DNA of 59,458 bases. Origin: a virus. Its lineage: Duplodnaviria; Caudoviricetes. Under the pieces are notes generated by a model. That model worked only from the letters and a program-made list of their open reading frames with translations. It was not told where the DNA came from and ran no database searches. The stretch covers positions 1-59,458 of the IMG/VR virus record IMGVR_UViG_3300037246_000768; one strand, 5' to 3'. Position numbers and translations under genes: made by a program. Shown piece after piece: positions 9,853-19,906 of the stretch. Position 1 is the first letter of the stretch, and each line of letters opens with the position of its first letter.

Positions 9853-10476
9853 TCATGCGAAAAGTAAATTGACGCGGCGCCCGGTGCGCAACGATGCCCC
9901 TGAGTCTACCGCGCGCATGATGGCTTTTTCTAACAGCGGGGAAACCATTGTAGCTATCCCGGCTGCGCTCGCCATGTGCAGCACAGCGTCTTGAAAGAGG
10001 TGGTCGTAAAAGCCGTTCCAGGGGAGCTCGTCTTTCATGTCGACCAGCGGCGCCGGCGTGCGGAACATCATAACATTCAGGGTGTAGGCCGTGTCGTGCG
10101 CGGGGAATATTTCCATGATGCTGCCACGAATGTCGTATTCGCGTGCCGTGCTGTTTTCCGGGTCTACAACGTAGTCCGAGCGCGGGCGCGTAAGGGGCCG
10201 GAGGATGGCACTGGTAGTGTCACCCCCCGGCGTGAGAAACGTCACGTAAGGGAAGTCCTTGGCAATACCGAGCATGTCCAGCGGTAGATCCACAACCGAT
10301 ACACCGATCGCCTGTTCTTCGCTCTCCCAGATGTCACGCAAGAGGTCGCTGTGTACTTCCCACAACCTGCGTGCGATAGTGACCTGGACTGCGTGCGCTG
10401 CGTCGACGAAGCTGATGGTCGGCTTCATGTGGGGCATGCGGTTGATAACCCGCTGGAATAGCTCAAGTACGGTCAT
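9853..10476 (-). CDS. Putative second adaptor/virion protein
   Basis: 207 aa in the neck cluster, with a layout similar to the neighbouring adaptor. Confidence 0.5.
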   Translation of the reverse strand: MTVLELFQRVINRMPHMKPTISFVDAAHAVQVTIARRLWEVHSDLLRDIWESEEQAIGVSVVDLPLDMLGIAKDFPYVTFLTPGGDTTSAILRPLTRPRSDYVVDPENSTAREYDIRGSIMEIFPAHDTAYTLNVMMFRTPAPLVDMKDELPWNGFYDHLFQDAVLHMASAAGIATMVSPLLEKAIMRAVDSGASLRTGRRVNLLFA

Positions 10477-10488
10477 TTAAGGCCTCTC

Positions 10489-10893
10489 TTACTTTTTGGC
10501 TTTCGCCTTCTTGCGCTTACCAGAGGCACCCTTTTTCCTGGGGGCTGCCTTTTTCTTTTCGGGAGCGGTCATGCCGTCTTGCGCGAGCTTGACAACTTCC
10601 TTTTGGGGAGCGGTGGCTTTGGTTTCAACTGCGTCTGCGTCACCATCGCCCAAGTCAACCTCTTTTTCCTCGGCAGGCGCCATGGTCTCAACTTCTACTT
10701 CTACCACCGGCGTCCCTGCTTCGGGCTCTTCGGCTTCCTCGTGCGCCTTGACCTTGGGAGCCTTGTCGATCTTGCGACCGATGCGTATTTCCTCTTTCGA
10801 GGGCTGGTAAGGCTCCATGTACGCCTTCATATCCATGAGGGGTTTCTTCTCAAAGATAAGGCCCGTGTTAGTGTTGACAATGTACTTACTCAC
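10489..10893 (-). CDS. Hypothetical protein (acidic middle, Lys-rich tail)
   Basis: 134-aa ORF with RBS in the late operon. Confidence 0.55.
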   Translation of the reverse strand: MSKYIVNTNTGLIFEKKPLMDMKAYMEPYQPSKEEIRIGRKIDKAPKVKAHEEAEEPEAGTPVVEVEVETMAPAEEKEVDLGDGDADAVETKATAPQKEVVKLAQDGMTAPEKKKAAPRKKGASGKRKKAKAKK

Positions 10894-10907
10894 TTGGTAC
10901 TCCCTTC

Positions 10908-11897
10908 CTAGACGGCGCGCAGGATCATGTAGGCCAGCTTGTGAGCGGTGCTCGGGTCGGCAGACATCGTCACCGTCAGGGTGTCAGCAGTCAACACCGA
11001 TTTCAAGATGGTGTCGGTGTCGTCGGTTGCGCCGTAGCAAACGATAGCAACGTCAGTCGCGAGTGCGCCGGCGACCGTGATTGCTTCGGCAGCTGCGCCA
11101 CCAACGGTTGTGTGCAGACCGGCATAGGCGATGAAGTGGCTCGGTACGCAGCCGCCGACAGGTCGGAGGACTACATAGTGGAGCGCGTGTACCGTGCTCG
11201 GGTCGGCAGACATTGTTACCGTAACCGTATCTGCGGTGCAGATGGTGTCGGAGATCGTGTCGGTGTCGTTGGTGGCTGCGTAGACGGCAATCGCGATGTC
11301 AGTTGCCTTGACTCCGGTTACCGTGATCGCTTCGGCAGCTGCGCCGCCAAGCGTGGTGTGCGTACCGGCTGCGAAAACCTCGAAGCCCGGTACGCCGCCT
11401 GCGCGCAGGAGTGCGAATCCGTACGAGTGGACGGTGCTCGGGTCGGCTGAACCGAGGATGGTGAGCCGCCCGCCAGAGGCCAAGGCCGCAAGGATCTGGT
11501 CGTTGTCGTCGCTTAGGGTGTGGCCAACGACTGCGACATCACCGGGAGCCTGGACTGCCTGCAGGGGGATTACTTCCGTTGCGTCGCCGCCGATTGAGGC
11601 GACATCGCCGCCTGCTACGATGGCATAGCCGCCTGCGGCCGCGCCTACAGAGCGGAAAGATGCGGAGGTGGTGCTGCCCTGGTTCACGTAGCGAGCTACC
11701 TGGCCAAGGGCGGCGTCGGACTTGACGAATACGCATCCTACTGCGTAGCCAGCGGCGCCGTCAGCGGGTACGGTCTCGCCGTATACGTCGCGTGCGTTGC
11801 CTAGCGCGTCGCGTGCGACAACCTGGGCGGCGGCAGGATCTCCCTTGTCGCCAATCTGATGAAGGGTGCCTACGGTTACATTTTGAAAAGTTGCCAT
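10908..11897 (-). CDS. Putative capsid decoration/virion protein with three internal repeats
   Basis: Three about 80-aa units ending SADPSTxHxxxxxxLR; lies after the capsid genes. Confidence 0.6.
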   Translation of the reverse strand: MATFQNVTVGTLHQIGDKGDPAAAQVVARDALGNARDVYGETVPADGAAGYAVGCVFVKSDAALGQVARYVNQGSTTSASFRSVGAAAGGYAIVAGGDVASIGGDATEVIPLQAVQAPGDVAVVGHTLSDDNDQILAALASGGRLTILGSADPSTVHSYGFALLRAGGVPGFEVFAAGTHTTLGGAAAEAITVTGVKATDIAIAVYAATNDTDTISDTICTADTVTVTMSADPSTVHALHYVVLRPVGGCVPSHFIAYAGLHTTVGGAAAEAITVAGALATDVAIVCYGATDDTDTILKSVLTADTLTVTMSADPSTAHKLAYMILRAV

Positions 11898-11936
11898 GTG
11901 ATTCTCCTTCGTTACGTAAGGATGGTTTAAACAGCA

Positions 11937-11953
11937 GCCCCCCCGAAGGGGGC
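11937..11953 (-). other. C(UUCG)G stem-loop, probable partial terminator or stability hairpin
   Basis: Minus strand CCCCC-TTCG-GGGGG just after the stop of 11962-12402. Confidence 0.5.
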
Positions 11954-11961
11954 CACCGGGT

Positions 11962-12402
11962 CTAGCTCATGTCGATCCCGAGAATGCGGATCTTGATGGT
12001 CGGGTTCGTGGTCACGGTGCCACCGCCGATAGCCGCCACTGCTTCGATGTAGCCAGCGGAGGTGCCCACGGTCACGGGGGCGATGGTGGTGGAGCTCTTG
12101 TGCTCAAGCGCCGAGATATTCGCCGCAGGCGTAAGCGTGGTGCCTACGACTTTAAGCTGCAGGGTACAGGTGCCGGTGCCGCCCACCTGAACGACGGTGC
12201 TCTCGATCGTCGCCGCTATAATCATGTGATTGGCGGGGATGTTGAGCAGATTTACAACGTCGCCGTTTGCGATCTTGGCGGCGAGAAGATCATCGAGATC
12301 AAACTCTCTCTCGATGCAGTACGGCGCACGACTGGCGCCGACCTGCTTCTTAGCCAGGGTTTTTTCATCAGCCGCAGAGGTTGCGGAGGGAAGATCGGCC
12401 AT
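11962..12402 (-). CDS. Putative capsid decoration/cement protein
   Basis: 146 aa, beta-rich (GDVVNLLNIPANHMII), immediately after the major capsid gene. Confidence 0.6.
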   Translation of the reverse strand: MADLPSATSAADEKTLAKKQVGASRAPYCIEREFDLDDLLAAKIANGDVVNLLNIPANHMIIAATIESTVVQVGGTGTCTLQLKVVGTTLTPAANISALEHKSSTTIAPVTVGTSAGYIEAVAAIGGGTVTTNPTIKIRILGIDMS

Positions 12403-12462
12403 TAGAGGCTCCTTCTTTTTATGTCAGATCAGGGGCTTGCGCCCCATCACTGAGCGGATTGA

Positions 12463-13416
12463 CTAGCCGGCCTGTGCGTAACCGGTGCCCATGTACTTCG
12501 GGTTGACGACTTTGTAGCCGTAGACCTGCAGACCCTCAAGCGCCTGGCCAAAGGTGTTCTGCAGTTCGATCTTGCGCTCCTTGATAAGCTGAGAAGCGAA
12601 GGTCAGCGCGCCGACATGGCCAAACATCAGGGGCCATACGGAGGTTGCGCCCGAGCCGCTTGCGGCGGTCAGGTTGTTGGACTTGTAGATCATGAAGTTG
12701 TCGATCTCACCGATGCGTCCGTTACGCAAGGTCTGGTTGCTGGAGTCGCCGGTGAAGAGCGCGCTGCGCAGGTCAGACTTTTTGAGGCGGTTGCAGATGA
12801 TGTTCGGCAAAACCATCCAACGGCCGGCGCTTTCGGGTACGGCCTGCTCGGAGAGCACGCTTGCGGCGTCGGCGATGAAATCGAGCACGTTGGCCTTGGT
12901 CAAGACCAGGGGGGCGCCGGTGGTGCCCATGTTGTAGCTGCTGGAAATCAAGCCAGCGGTGAGACCGGTGTTGTTCGAGTCGACTTCGGTGTAGATGTTC
13001 GCGAGAACGTCCTTGTCGATCGTGATGCCCATGGCCTCGGATGCGTCACTCGCCCACTCGTCCAGGGCGTTGATGTCGAACTGGCGCTCGTCGATCGCGT
13101 CAAGGCCGACGCTGTAGAACTTGGCCTTGTCGATCGTGAGCTCAACGGCTGACGGCTCCGAGAACTGACGCGCGGCGTTCAGATCCATGTTGCGGGTGTA
13201 GTCGGCAATCGCGATGTCGGGGCGAGTGCGGATAAGGACGGTATCGCCCTGTGTTTTGATCTCACCTTCGTAGTCGCGCTGTGCGATCTCGCCAAAAACG
13301 GTCTTGTCGTAGAACTTCAGCAAGAGCTTTTTGGCGTAGATAACCGGCGTGTACTTCGATGCGTGAGCACTCGAATACTGCGGATAGTTACCCGCGACTG
13401 GTATGGGTAGGGACAT
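12463..13416 (-). CDS. Major capsid protein (P22-like HK97 fold, no delta domain)
   Basis: YEGEIKTQGDTVLIR, LTIDKAKF, NGRIGEIDNFMIYKSNNL, GLQVYGYKVV motifs; follows the scaffold gene. Confidence 0.88.
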   Translation of the reverse strand: MSLPIPVAGNYPQYSSAHASKYTPVIYAKKLLLKFYDKTVFGEIAQRDYEGEIKTQGDTVLIRTRPDIAIADYTRNMDLNAARQFSEPSAVELTIDKAKFYSVGLDAIDERQFDINALDEWASDASEAMGITIDKDVLANIYTEVDSNNTGLTAGLISSSYNMGTTGAPLVLTKANVLDFIADAASVLSEQAVPESAGRWMVLPNIICNRLKKSDLRSALFTGDSSNQTLRNGRIGEIDNFMIYKSNNLTAASGSGATSVWPLMFGHVGALTFASQLIKERKIELQNTFGQALEGLQVYGYKVVNPKYMGTGYAQAG

Positions 13417-13431
13417 TACTATTTCTCCTCG

Positions 13432-14460
13432 CTACTCCGAAATCCTACCGTGCACCATAGCGTCCATGATCTCGGCTTCCTTCAGCTTGAACTCTTCGTC
13501 CTTCCCCTTGTACCTTCCCTTTGAAGCATCGTCGTAGAACTTGTTGGTTTCAGCAGTGGTGAACCACTTGCCTGCACCGTGCTGCGAATTGGGATCAGCT
13601 ACGTCGGGGTTAGGGTTAGCGCGTGCGTCAGGGGCCTGCATGGCAAGCTGTTCGGCGGTCAGTTGGGTCGTAGCAGCATCATCGGCTGTTGGTTTGTTTT
13701 CGGGCGGCCTCTTGGCAGCCTTGTAATCGTTGAAGAACTTGGCGACCGCCTGTGCGTCACCGGCTGCGTAAGCCCGATTCATCAGCACATTTGCGTACTC
13801 GCCGGTCGCTTCGTCCTTCGTGACGTATGACCAATCATTGAAACCCTGTGACTCGTTGACCTCAAGCCAGTCGCGGCCCGCGTACGCAGCAATCTCGCCG
13901 TTAAGCGCCAGCCGTGCAGCGTCTGCGTCTGTTTCCAAGAGAGGTTCCAGCACCGTTTCCTCTACCGGCTTTCGTTCTCCGGCCTGCTCTACTGTCAGGG
14001 CCACCATGGCGTCGGCGGCGGGTTTACCGTACTCGGCTACCAGCAACTTGTAAGCGTCGGACTCAACGGCGGCGGCAGGGTTCGCCTTCGCTGCTTCTCT
14101 GAGCCTTTTCACTTCTGCTTCGAGCTTCACGATGTACTCGCCACGCCTGCGTGACTCTGCGAGGGCGCGCGGGGTCTCCTTGTTGTACTTCCCTTGCAGC
14201 GTAGCGAGTCTTGCCGTTAAGGCCGCAATGGTCTCCTCCGGGGAGAGTTGCGGTGTCTGTTCGGCTGCCTTCGGCGCTGCTGCGGGTTGGGCGGCGGCTG
14301 CTGCTGGGTCGGCTCCGGGGGCTGCAGGTGCGGCGGCGGCGGGCTGCGCTTTGCTCGGGTCGTCGCCTTCAACTACAGTTGCGGAGTCGGTCTCCTGCAG
14401 GACAAGCAGATCGTCCAATTCGGCCTGTGTTCTTTTCTGCGGGTCTTGAAAATTGGGCAT
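13432..14460 (-). CDS. Capsid scaffolding protein
   Basis: Low-complexity N-terminus, coiled coil with LQGKYNKE, C-terminal AMVHGRI; lies between portal and capsid. Confidence 0.75.
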   Translation of the reverse strand: MPNFQDPQKRTQAELDDLLVLQETDSATVVEGDDPSKAQPAAAAPAAPGADPAAAAAQPAAAPKAAEQTPQLSPEETIAALTARLATLQGKYNKETPRALAESRRRGEYIVKLEAEVKRLREAAKANPAAAVESDAYKLLVAEYGKPAADAMVALTVEQAGERKPVEETVLEPLLETDADAARLALNGEIAAYAGRDWLEVNESQGFNDWSYVTKDEATGEYANVLMNRAYAAGDAQAVAKFFNDYKAAKRPPENKPTADDAATTQLTAEQLAMQAPDARANPNPDVADPNSQHGAGKWFTTAETNKFYDDASKGRYKGKDEEFKLKEAEIMDAMVHGRISE

Positions 14461-14540
14461 GCGTCGTTTCTTTCTACTGCCGCCGAGGCCGCCCGAAATG
14501 GGTGTGACCTTTTAATCGGTGTGGCAGGATAATGCGTATT

Positions 14541-14765
14541 CTAAAGACTGCCTTGCCCTTTCGAGCTCAGCAGATCTATATTCTCAATAAATTCGTCCAG
14601 AAAAAGCGCCTTACCTTGGGCCCGGTGCATAAGCACTGGATCGGTGTGTCCACGCAATTCTCTATCAGCTTGCGTACGCATTTCAAGTAGCAAATCGTAG
14701 AGGGACGTTCTTTTCAGGTTCGCAAGGCCGTTTTTTTCAGCCTGGGTGAGTGATCGCGCTAACAT
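14541..14765 (-). CDS. Small conserved protein after portal (Bbp19-like position)
   Basis: 74 aa with HRAQGKA motif, directly downstream of portal. Confidence 0.5.
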   Translation of the reverse strand: MLARSLTQAEKNGLANLKRTSLYDLLLEMRTQADRELRGHTDPVLMHRAQGKALFLDEFIENIDLLSSKGQGSL

Positions 14766-16919
14766 CTACGCACCTCCTCCGGGCCTTACGCCTCGCCGAT
14801 TCTGCGCTAAATTATCGTCTGTGCCGCCTGCTGGGTTGCCTGCGTCGTCCTGCGTGCGCGGGGCTGGGCCCGGGGCTTGTGAGCCCTTCGGCTGTGCCGG
14901 TGCCCCTACAGGCTGCGGCCCCGTGTTGCCCTTGCCGCGCATGGCCTGCGCCTGTAGCTGTTCGGCTACCTGCTTCATCATCGCTTCAAGGTCTTCTATC
15001 TCGTCTATGTCGAGCCCCAGGTCTTTGGCCTGCTGCATAATCATCTTCGAGCGGTTCTTCAATCCTACCAGCTGCACGTCTATCGGGTTGCCGGTAGCAG
15101 CAAGGAACTCGGTGCGCCGCATGGTCTTCTGTTCTTTCTCCACAAGTGCGCTGGTACCGCGCGCAGAGACGTTACAGTCGCCCTTTATCGACTCGTCGGG
15201 GTCATACAGCATATTGTAATCGTAGAGCCTTGAGATAGCGCCCTCGATTATTTCGTCTATGTGGCCTACGACCTTCTTCATCCCGCGAGTTGCAGCTGTC
15301 ATCAGCATGGACAAGCCGGAGCTCGTGCCACCGGCGCCGCCCAGGTTGGAGTTGCCGTGAGCCCAGCGCGGTATGCCAGTCTGGTCTTCGGCCATCGTCA
15401 TAAAGAACTCGAAGGCCTTTAAGAGCCCGTCAACGATCATCTTCGGCTGGTAGTAGCGCACCGCCGGCGAATCGTTCATCTGCCGGTTGCGTGACTCAAA
15501 GATTTTCCAGGGGTATATATTCGTCGTGCCGTCCGGTATGCGCTCCAGGTCTATTTCTACCATGGGGCCGGATGCGAAGACTGCGTTGTTTGCCAGCGCG
15601 CGTGCGGTGGAGTTGCACATATCCTGCAGGTCTGCCATGAGCTCGGGGGCGCCCTTGTACCAGAACGAGCCGGGGATCTTCTCGTAGCCGGAGATATTGT
15701 AGGGCTTGCGATCGAGCTTGTCGGGGTTGAGGACTGCGCGAATTACGTGGTTGCCCACCTTCCATGCGTCGATCTCATACTCCATGTTTGCGTCGATGTC
15801 GCCTTCAAAGCCCCACTCCTGAAGGTACAGGCCCGGGACTGAGCCCCAGAACTGCAGGGCCTCTATCCACTTGATATTTACGGAGTCCTGGTCGCCCTGC
15901 TCGTAGATGCGTCGCTCTGCGTCGGGTGGGAGCTCTTCACGATTGCCGCCCCTGCCGTAATCGGTAAGGGCCTGCCGGATCTTCTGGTCGTTGTAGCCGG
16001 GCACGCCTATCAGTGCGACAAGGTCTTTGCGCTGCAGGCGGTGGCGCTCGATTAAGAAGTCGTCGTTTACTCCGCGAGACCCCGGGGCCGGGTACATATC
16101 GAAGGGGCTGACGCGCTCGAACTCCGGCACCAGCTTATTTTCTACCTCCACCACCCACTTGCCGTTTTCGTCCTGGCCCCACTTCTTGCGCTTGCGGTAT
16201 CTCAGCACCGGGCCCTTGAGTATCCCGGCCTTTAACGTGACCAAGTCGTAGATGACGGCCCAGAAGGCGTCATGCCAGCCGCCCTCCACAAGCTGATCGG
16301 CGATCTTGGCAGACATGCGCTCGGCGCGCTTCTCGGCTTCGTCCTTGATCTCCTTCAAGACGGCGTCGCGAGTCTCTTCTGCGTACGCCTGTATCTCGGC
16401 TTCAAGCAAAGCGCTGGGGATCTGCTCTTTCGCTGCGACAGCCTGACTCAAAACCTCGCTACGCACGCCGGCGACGTTCTGCTCGATCTCCTGCATTACT
16501 TCTTGGGGGAGCTCGGGGATTGGAGTAGGCATAACCTGCCAGGGTTGCTCTGCTACGGGGCGAAGTATGTCTTCAATCCACGCCTCGGCTGCCCGGCACT
16601 TGGTAGCGGTGAGCAGCATGTAGACTTCCGAGCCGCCCATTTCTCTGATCTTGCTGATTTTGTCCGGTGCGTAGACCCCGTGCCGCTGACGCAAACTGAG
16701 AAGCATCACGTCTTCGATGGTCGTCTTTGCGTTCTTGGCTTCCTGCCAGCTTTGCTCAACGTAGGCGGCCAGGCGGTCTATCTGCGGCGCAACGGGTGCG
16801 TACGTGGCCGTGGCCTGCGCCTTTTGGTCGGCCTCTATCGCATCGTTGTTGCGCACATGCACAAGCCCGACGCTGCTTTCCCCGGGCTTACCTGTTGGTA
16901 TAGCTTGATCGACGGCCAC
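14766..16919 (-). CDS. Portal protein
   Basis: 717 aa; GILKGP, ERVSPFDMYPAP, PGSFWYKG, TSSGLSMLM motifs and Q/P-rich tail; synteny with TerL. Confidence 0.88.
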   Translation of the reverse strand: MAVDQAIPTGKPGESSVGLVHVRNNDAIEADQKAQATATYAPVAPQIDRLAAYVEQSWQEAKNAKTTIEDVMLLSLRQRHGVYAPDKISKIREMGGSEVYMLLTATKCRAAEAWIEDILRPVAEQPWQVMPTPIPELPQEVMQEIEQNVAGVRSEVLSQAVAAKEQIPSALLEAEIQAYAEETRDAVLKEIKDEAEKRAERMSAKIADQLVEGGWHDAFWAVIYDLVTLKAGILKGPVLRYRKRKKWGQDENGKWVVEVENKLVPEFERVSPFDMYPAPGSRGVNDDFLIERHRLQRKDLVALIGVPGYNDQKIRQALTDYGRGGNREELPPDAERRIYEQGDQDSVNIKWIEALQFWGSVPGLYLQEWGFEGDIDANMEYEIDAWKVGNHVIRAVLNPDKLDRKPYNISGYEKIPGSFWYKGAPELMADLQDMCNSTARALANNAVFASGPMVEIDLERIPDGTTNIYPWKIFESRNRQMNDSPAVRYYQPKMIVDGLLKAFEFFMTMAEDQTGIPRWAHGNSNLGGAGGTSSGLSMLMTAATRGMKKVVGHIDEIIEGAISRLYDYNMLYDPDESIKGDCNVSARGTSALVEKEQKTMRRTEFLAATGNPIDVQLVGLKNRSKMIMQQAKDLGLDIDEIEDLEAMMKQVAEQLQAQAMRGKGNTGPQPVGAPAQPKGSQAPGPAPRTQDDAGNPAGGTDDNLAQNRRGVRPGGGA

Positions 16920-16992
16920 TCGGCTAACCTCCGTAAGTATCGGCTACTATTTTCACAGTGCATCGCATACGCACGCAAAAGTCAACGTATTT

Positions 16993-17403
16993 CTAAAAGG
17001 GTGCGTCGCCTGATGGGATGTCTTCTCCGGGCCCGTAATCGCCAGCCTCATGCCCGTCGTCTTTCGCTGTCTTGTTGCTGTCGCAAAAGCGAACGTCACG
17101 CGCCACTATCTCGGCGACGTACCTGTCTATGCCATCGTGCCCAGACCATTTGCGTTGCTGCAGGCGGCCTGAGACATAAACCTGACTGCCCTTCGAGAGC
17201 CACTTTTCGCAAGCCTCTGCCATCTTCCCGAAGACCACGACGCTCACCCACTCTGTTTTTTCTTCGTACCCTTCGGCAGTCTTTAGCTTTTCAGTGCATG
17301 CCATCGAGAAGTTGGTTACGGCAGTGCCTTTATCAGTGTGGCGCATTTCAGGCTTCTTCCCCAGGTTGCCGAGGAAGTGGCATTTATTTACTCCGAGTGA
17401 CAT
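16993..17403 (-). CDS. ssb: Single-stranded DNA-binding protein
   Basis: VNKCHFLGNLGKKPEMR, EKTEWVSVVVFGKMAE, KGSQVYVSGRL, acidic tail ending DAPF. Confidence 0.93.
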   Translation of the reverse strand: MSLGVNKCHFLGNLGKKPEMRHTDKGTAVTNFSMACTEKLKTAEGYEEKTEWVSVVVFGKMAEACEKWLSKGSQVYVSGRLQQRKWSGHDGIDRYVAEIVARDVRFCDSNKTAKDDGHEAGDYGPGEDIPSGDAPF

Positions 17404-17542
17404 TGCTATCCTCCAGTTCCTCCACGCGCGCTTCCAGTTCGGTTATCCTAGCGGCGGCCCAGTCGTCCTTTTCCGCTTGTGACATTTCACCCCAGACAAA
17501 AGGCTGTCCGGTCGATTTATTCCATATCTCATAAAGTTTCAT
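17384..17542 (-). CDS. Small hypothetical protein (52 aa)
   Basis: Hand translation MKLYEIWNKSTG..ELEARVEELE; ATGA coupling with the upstream ORF. Confidence 0.5.
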   Translation of the reverse strand: MKLYEIWNKSTGQPFVWGEMSQAEKDDWAAARITELEARVEELEDSNVTRSK

Positions 17543-17685
17543 TTCTCCTCCAATTCCTTCACGCGTGCTTTGAGGGCGATTATCTCGTCGCGGTAAAGCT
17601 GCAGGAGGTCGGCTACGTGCCTCTCGACTACCTGCCTGAAAGGGTAGTTTTTTATGTCTTCTACTTTCTGTGGTCGGCCCATCAT
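17539..17685 (-). CDS. Small hypothetical protein (48 aa)
   Basis: Hand translation MMGRPQKVEDIK..LKARVKELEEK; AGGAG RBS. Confidence 0.5.
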   Translation of the reverse strand: MMGRPQKVEDIKNYPFRQVVERHVADLLQLYRDEIIALKARVKELEEK

Positions 17686-17691
17686 CGTCTC

Positions 17692-19422
17692 CTATGCCCA
17701 GTTGCCAGGGCGCCCCTGGTTCTTGGCGTGAAGGTTCCCGCGCTGCGCTCTACGCATAGAGGGTAGCGGGGTGACTTGTCGAAGGTGTTTCGCGATCGCT
17801 GCTGCGATGACAAGATCGTCGTGGCGGCCAGAGTCGGCCTCGTACTTGCCGTCGTCCTGTATTTTGAAGCTCATCATTTCGCTAAAAACGTCTGCGCTCT
17901 TTATCCCGTGCGTACCTTCGCGAGCTTCTTGTATCAGGCCGTCGATAATCACCGGGCGCGTAGCCTTCGATGTGAGCCAGCCGTAGCGCTTGCGTGGCTT
18001 GCCCGGCGGCTCTGGCACCATTTCGCTGTAGAGGTTTGCGTACCCCGCGCTGAAAAGATACGTGACGACTACTAAGCCGTGATTATTCCTCTCTGGCCCT
18101 ATCAGCGCGTCGTTGTAGCGTTTGCCTATGGCGAGCAAAAACGCCGCATATTCGTCTGGGTCGCACTTGCCGTGCCACTGCGCAACTTGGTCGCCGGTGC
18201 GGTGGTCGATGATATAGGCTGCGTGTGCGTCACCCTTGACAAGCCCCTCTGCAACGTCTGCTGCCATTATGTACGCATTCCCAGGTATCGACTCCTGCCA
18301 GACCTTGAAGCGCCCCTCGGGTGCGGCGATGAAGTTTCCGCCAAGTATCTCGTAGCGAGCCGACGGCTCCGGCGCATGGTCTCGCTGCTTGGACATTTCA
18401 TTGTTGTCAAATACCGGGCGGCCGGTACCCAGGAATGCCTCTTCGGGCGTCGCCGGGTGTTCCTGCTGGAACTTCTCGATGCTGCCTTTGCACTCGTTCG
18501 CAATCGTGTACCGGCGCCAGTAAATCTTCTTGTCGCTGAGATTGTAACGCTTGATAATTTCTTCTTCTTTTTTCGTGCGTACAAACCCCGGCGGCACGTC
18601 CATTTCGTTTTCTTCAAACACGAACCACGGGAAGAAGATGCTGGTGTAGTCGTTGATGTCGTCTGCCGCTGCGTTGATGCTCTCCTCAACTATCGGGTTG
18701 CCAGTCTTCGATAGGCGCTTCACCCAGACGCGGTACTTTGCGTTCCAGAAACGGTCGTGAAACTCTCCGCCTATGCCCTTTGCGGTAGACTCAAACGCGA
18801 TCTCGGTATTTGGCTTCTTCGGGATGGTCTGCAGTACAGCTGTCAAGAGGTCGTCAATGTTGTTTGGCGGCCACTTAGCGAGCTCGGAGCAGTGCAAGAA
18901 ATGTATCAGCTGGCTAGACCCCAGATCGTCTTTTCCTGCGGTGGCCACGCGAAACGCAGAGTTGAGCCCCTTGCCTTCGCTGTCGTTAAACTCCATTAGT
19001 TTTGCGTTGTTGGAGCGAACCTGTGGACGCAGCGCCTTCGGGCAGAAGTCAAAAAACCTCTTGACCATCTTGAACACGAACTCGCTGGACTGCGGCTCGT
19101 GCGTAACCTGCATTGCGTAGCGGTTGGCGAAGAGGCTTGTTTTCTGGTATAGCCTTGCGGAGAAGTAGGTCGTTATCCCCATGCGTCGGCCTTTGAGGAT
19201 GACCAGACGCACGAGCCGGCGCTTCTTGATGTCGTTGATTATGTAGTCCATGAGCCGTTGGGGCCCGTTTAGCCTGAACGGCACGAGCTCACCGTCTACG
19301 GTCTGGACTTTAAGCAGGCGTGGCGCCATGTACTTGATGTCGCGACGCAGCCTTTTGACGTGCTTTATTACTTCTTCTTCGCTCATTTCAGGGGTGATGC
19401 CGTCACCGTGCTCAATCGCCAT
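17692..19422 (-). CDS. terL: Terminase large subunit
   Basis: Walker A LKGRRMGITT, Walker B LHCSE, ESTAKG, nuclease ADVAEG and HDDLV. Confidence 0.92.
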   Translation of the reverse strand: MAIEHGDGITPEMSEEEVIKHVKRLRRDIKYMAPRLLKVQTVDGELVPFRLNGPQRLMDYIINDIKKRRLVRLVILKGRRMGITTYFSARLYQKTSLFANRYAMQVTHEPQSSEFVFKMVKRFFDFCPKALRPQVRSNNAKLMEFNDSEGKGLNSAFRVATAGKDDLGSSQLIHFLHCSELAKWPPNNIDDLLTAVLQTIPKKPNTEIAFESTAKGIGGEFHDRFWNAKYRVWVKRLSKTGNPIVEESINAAADDINDYTSIFFPWFVFEENEMDVPPGFVRTKKEEEIIKRYNLSDKKIYWRRYTIANECKGSIEKFQQEHPATPEEAFLGTGRPVFDNNEMSKQRDHAPEPSARYEILGGNFIAAPEGRFKVWQESIPGNAYIMAADVAEGLVKGDAHAAYIIDHRTGDQVAQWHGKCDPDEYAAFLLAIGKRYNDALIGPERNNHGLVVVTYLFSAGYANLYSEMVPEPPGKPRKRYGWLTSKATRPVIIDGLIQEAREGTHGIKSADVFSEMMSFKIQDDGKYEADSGRHDDLVIAAAIAKHLRQVTPLPSMRRAQRGNLHAKNQGRPGNWA

Positions 19423-19906
19423 GGTCTATCTCTATTTTTAGCAAAATCGCCTCGAGTGAGCGGGTTTCCACTTCGACCTTCTTTGGAGCTCGGGCGCCAG
19501 GTAGGATGTCGAGTGCGATATTTACCGCCCCCTGGCGAGCGGGGTTGTCCGTCACCATCACCATGCCTTTGCCGGCGACGATTACCGGTTTTTCTGCCTC
19601 GAACTGGTCTGAGATTACTTCCGCTATCTTGTCGACGGTCACGCCCTGCCTGAGCAATGCGGCCTGCATGACGGTGTTGTAGCGACGCTGCAGCCCTCCG
19701 CAGTACACATCGGCCACTTCTCTGCTCACGTCCATCCCTGCAGCCTCTACAGCCTTCTTGGGGCTCTTTCCTGCAGCCAGGCCTGAGAGCACGTCGACCT
19801 CTTGCTGCGTTGCGACGATGACGGGTGGGAGCTCTTCGGCCTGCAAGGTATTTTCGGAGATAACCTTCGGCTCCACCACTATCGGCAAGGTTTTTTTACG
19901 GCCCAT
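19412..19906 (-). CDS. Putative terminase small subunit
   Basis: 164 aa overlapping the TerL start, with an HTH-like N-terminal segment. Confidence 0.6.
   Translation of the reverse strand: MGRKKTLPIVVEPKVISENTLQAEELPPVIVATQQEVDVLSGLAAGKSPKKAVEAAGMDVSREVADVYCGGLQRRYNTVMQAALLRQGVTVDKIAEVISDQFEAEKPVIVAGKGMVMVTDNPARQGAVNIALDILPGARAPKKVEVETRSLEAILLKIEIDHGD

Noticed and set aside
16272-17534. 420-aa plus-strand ORF
   Set aside because: Antisense to portal and ssb, with no recognisable motifs
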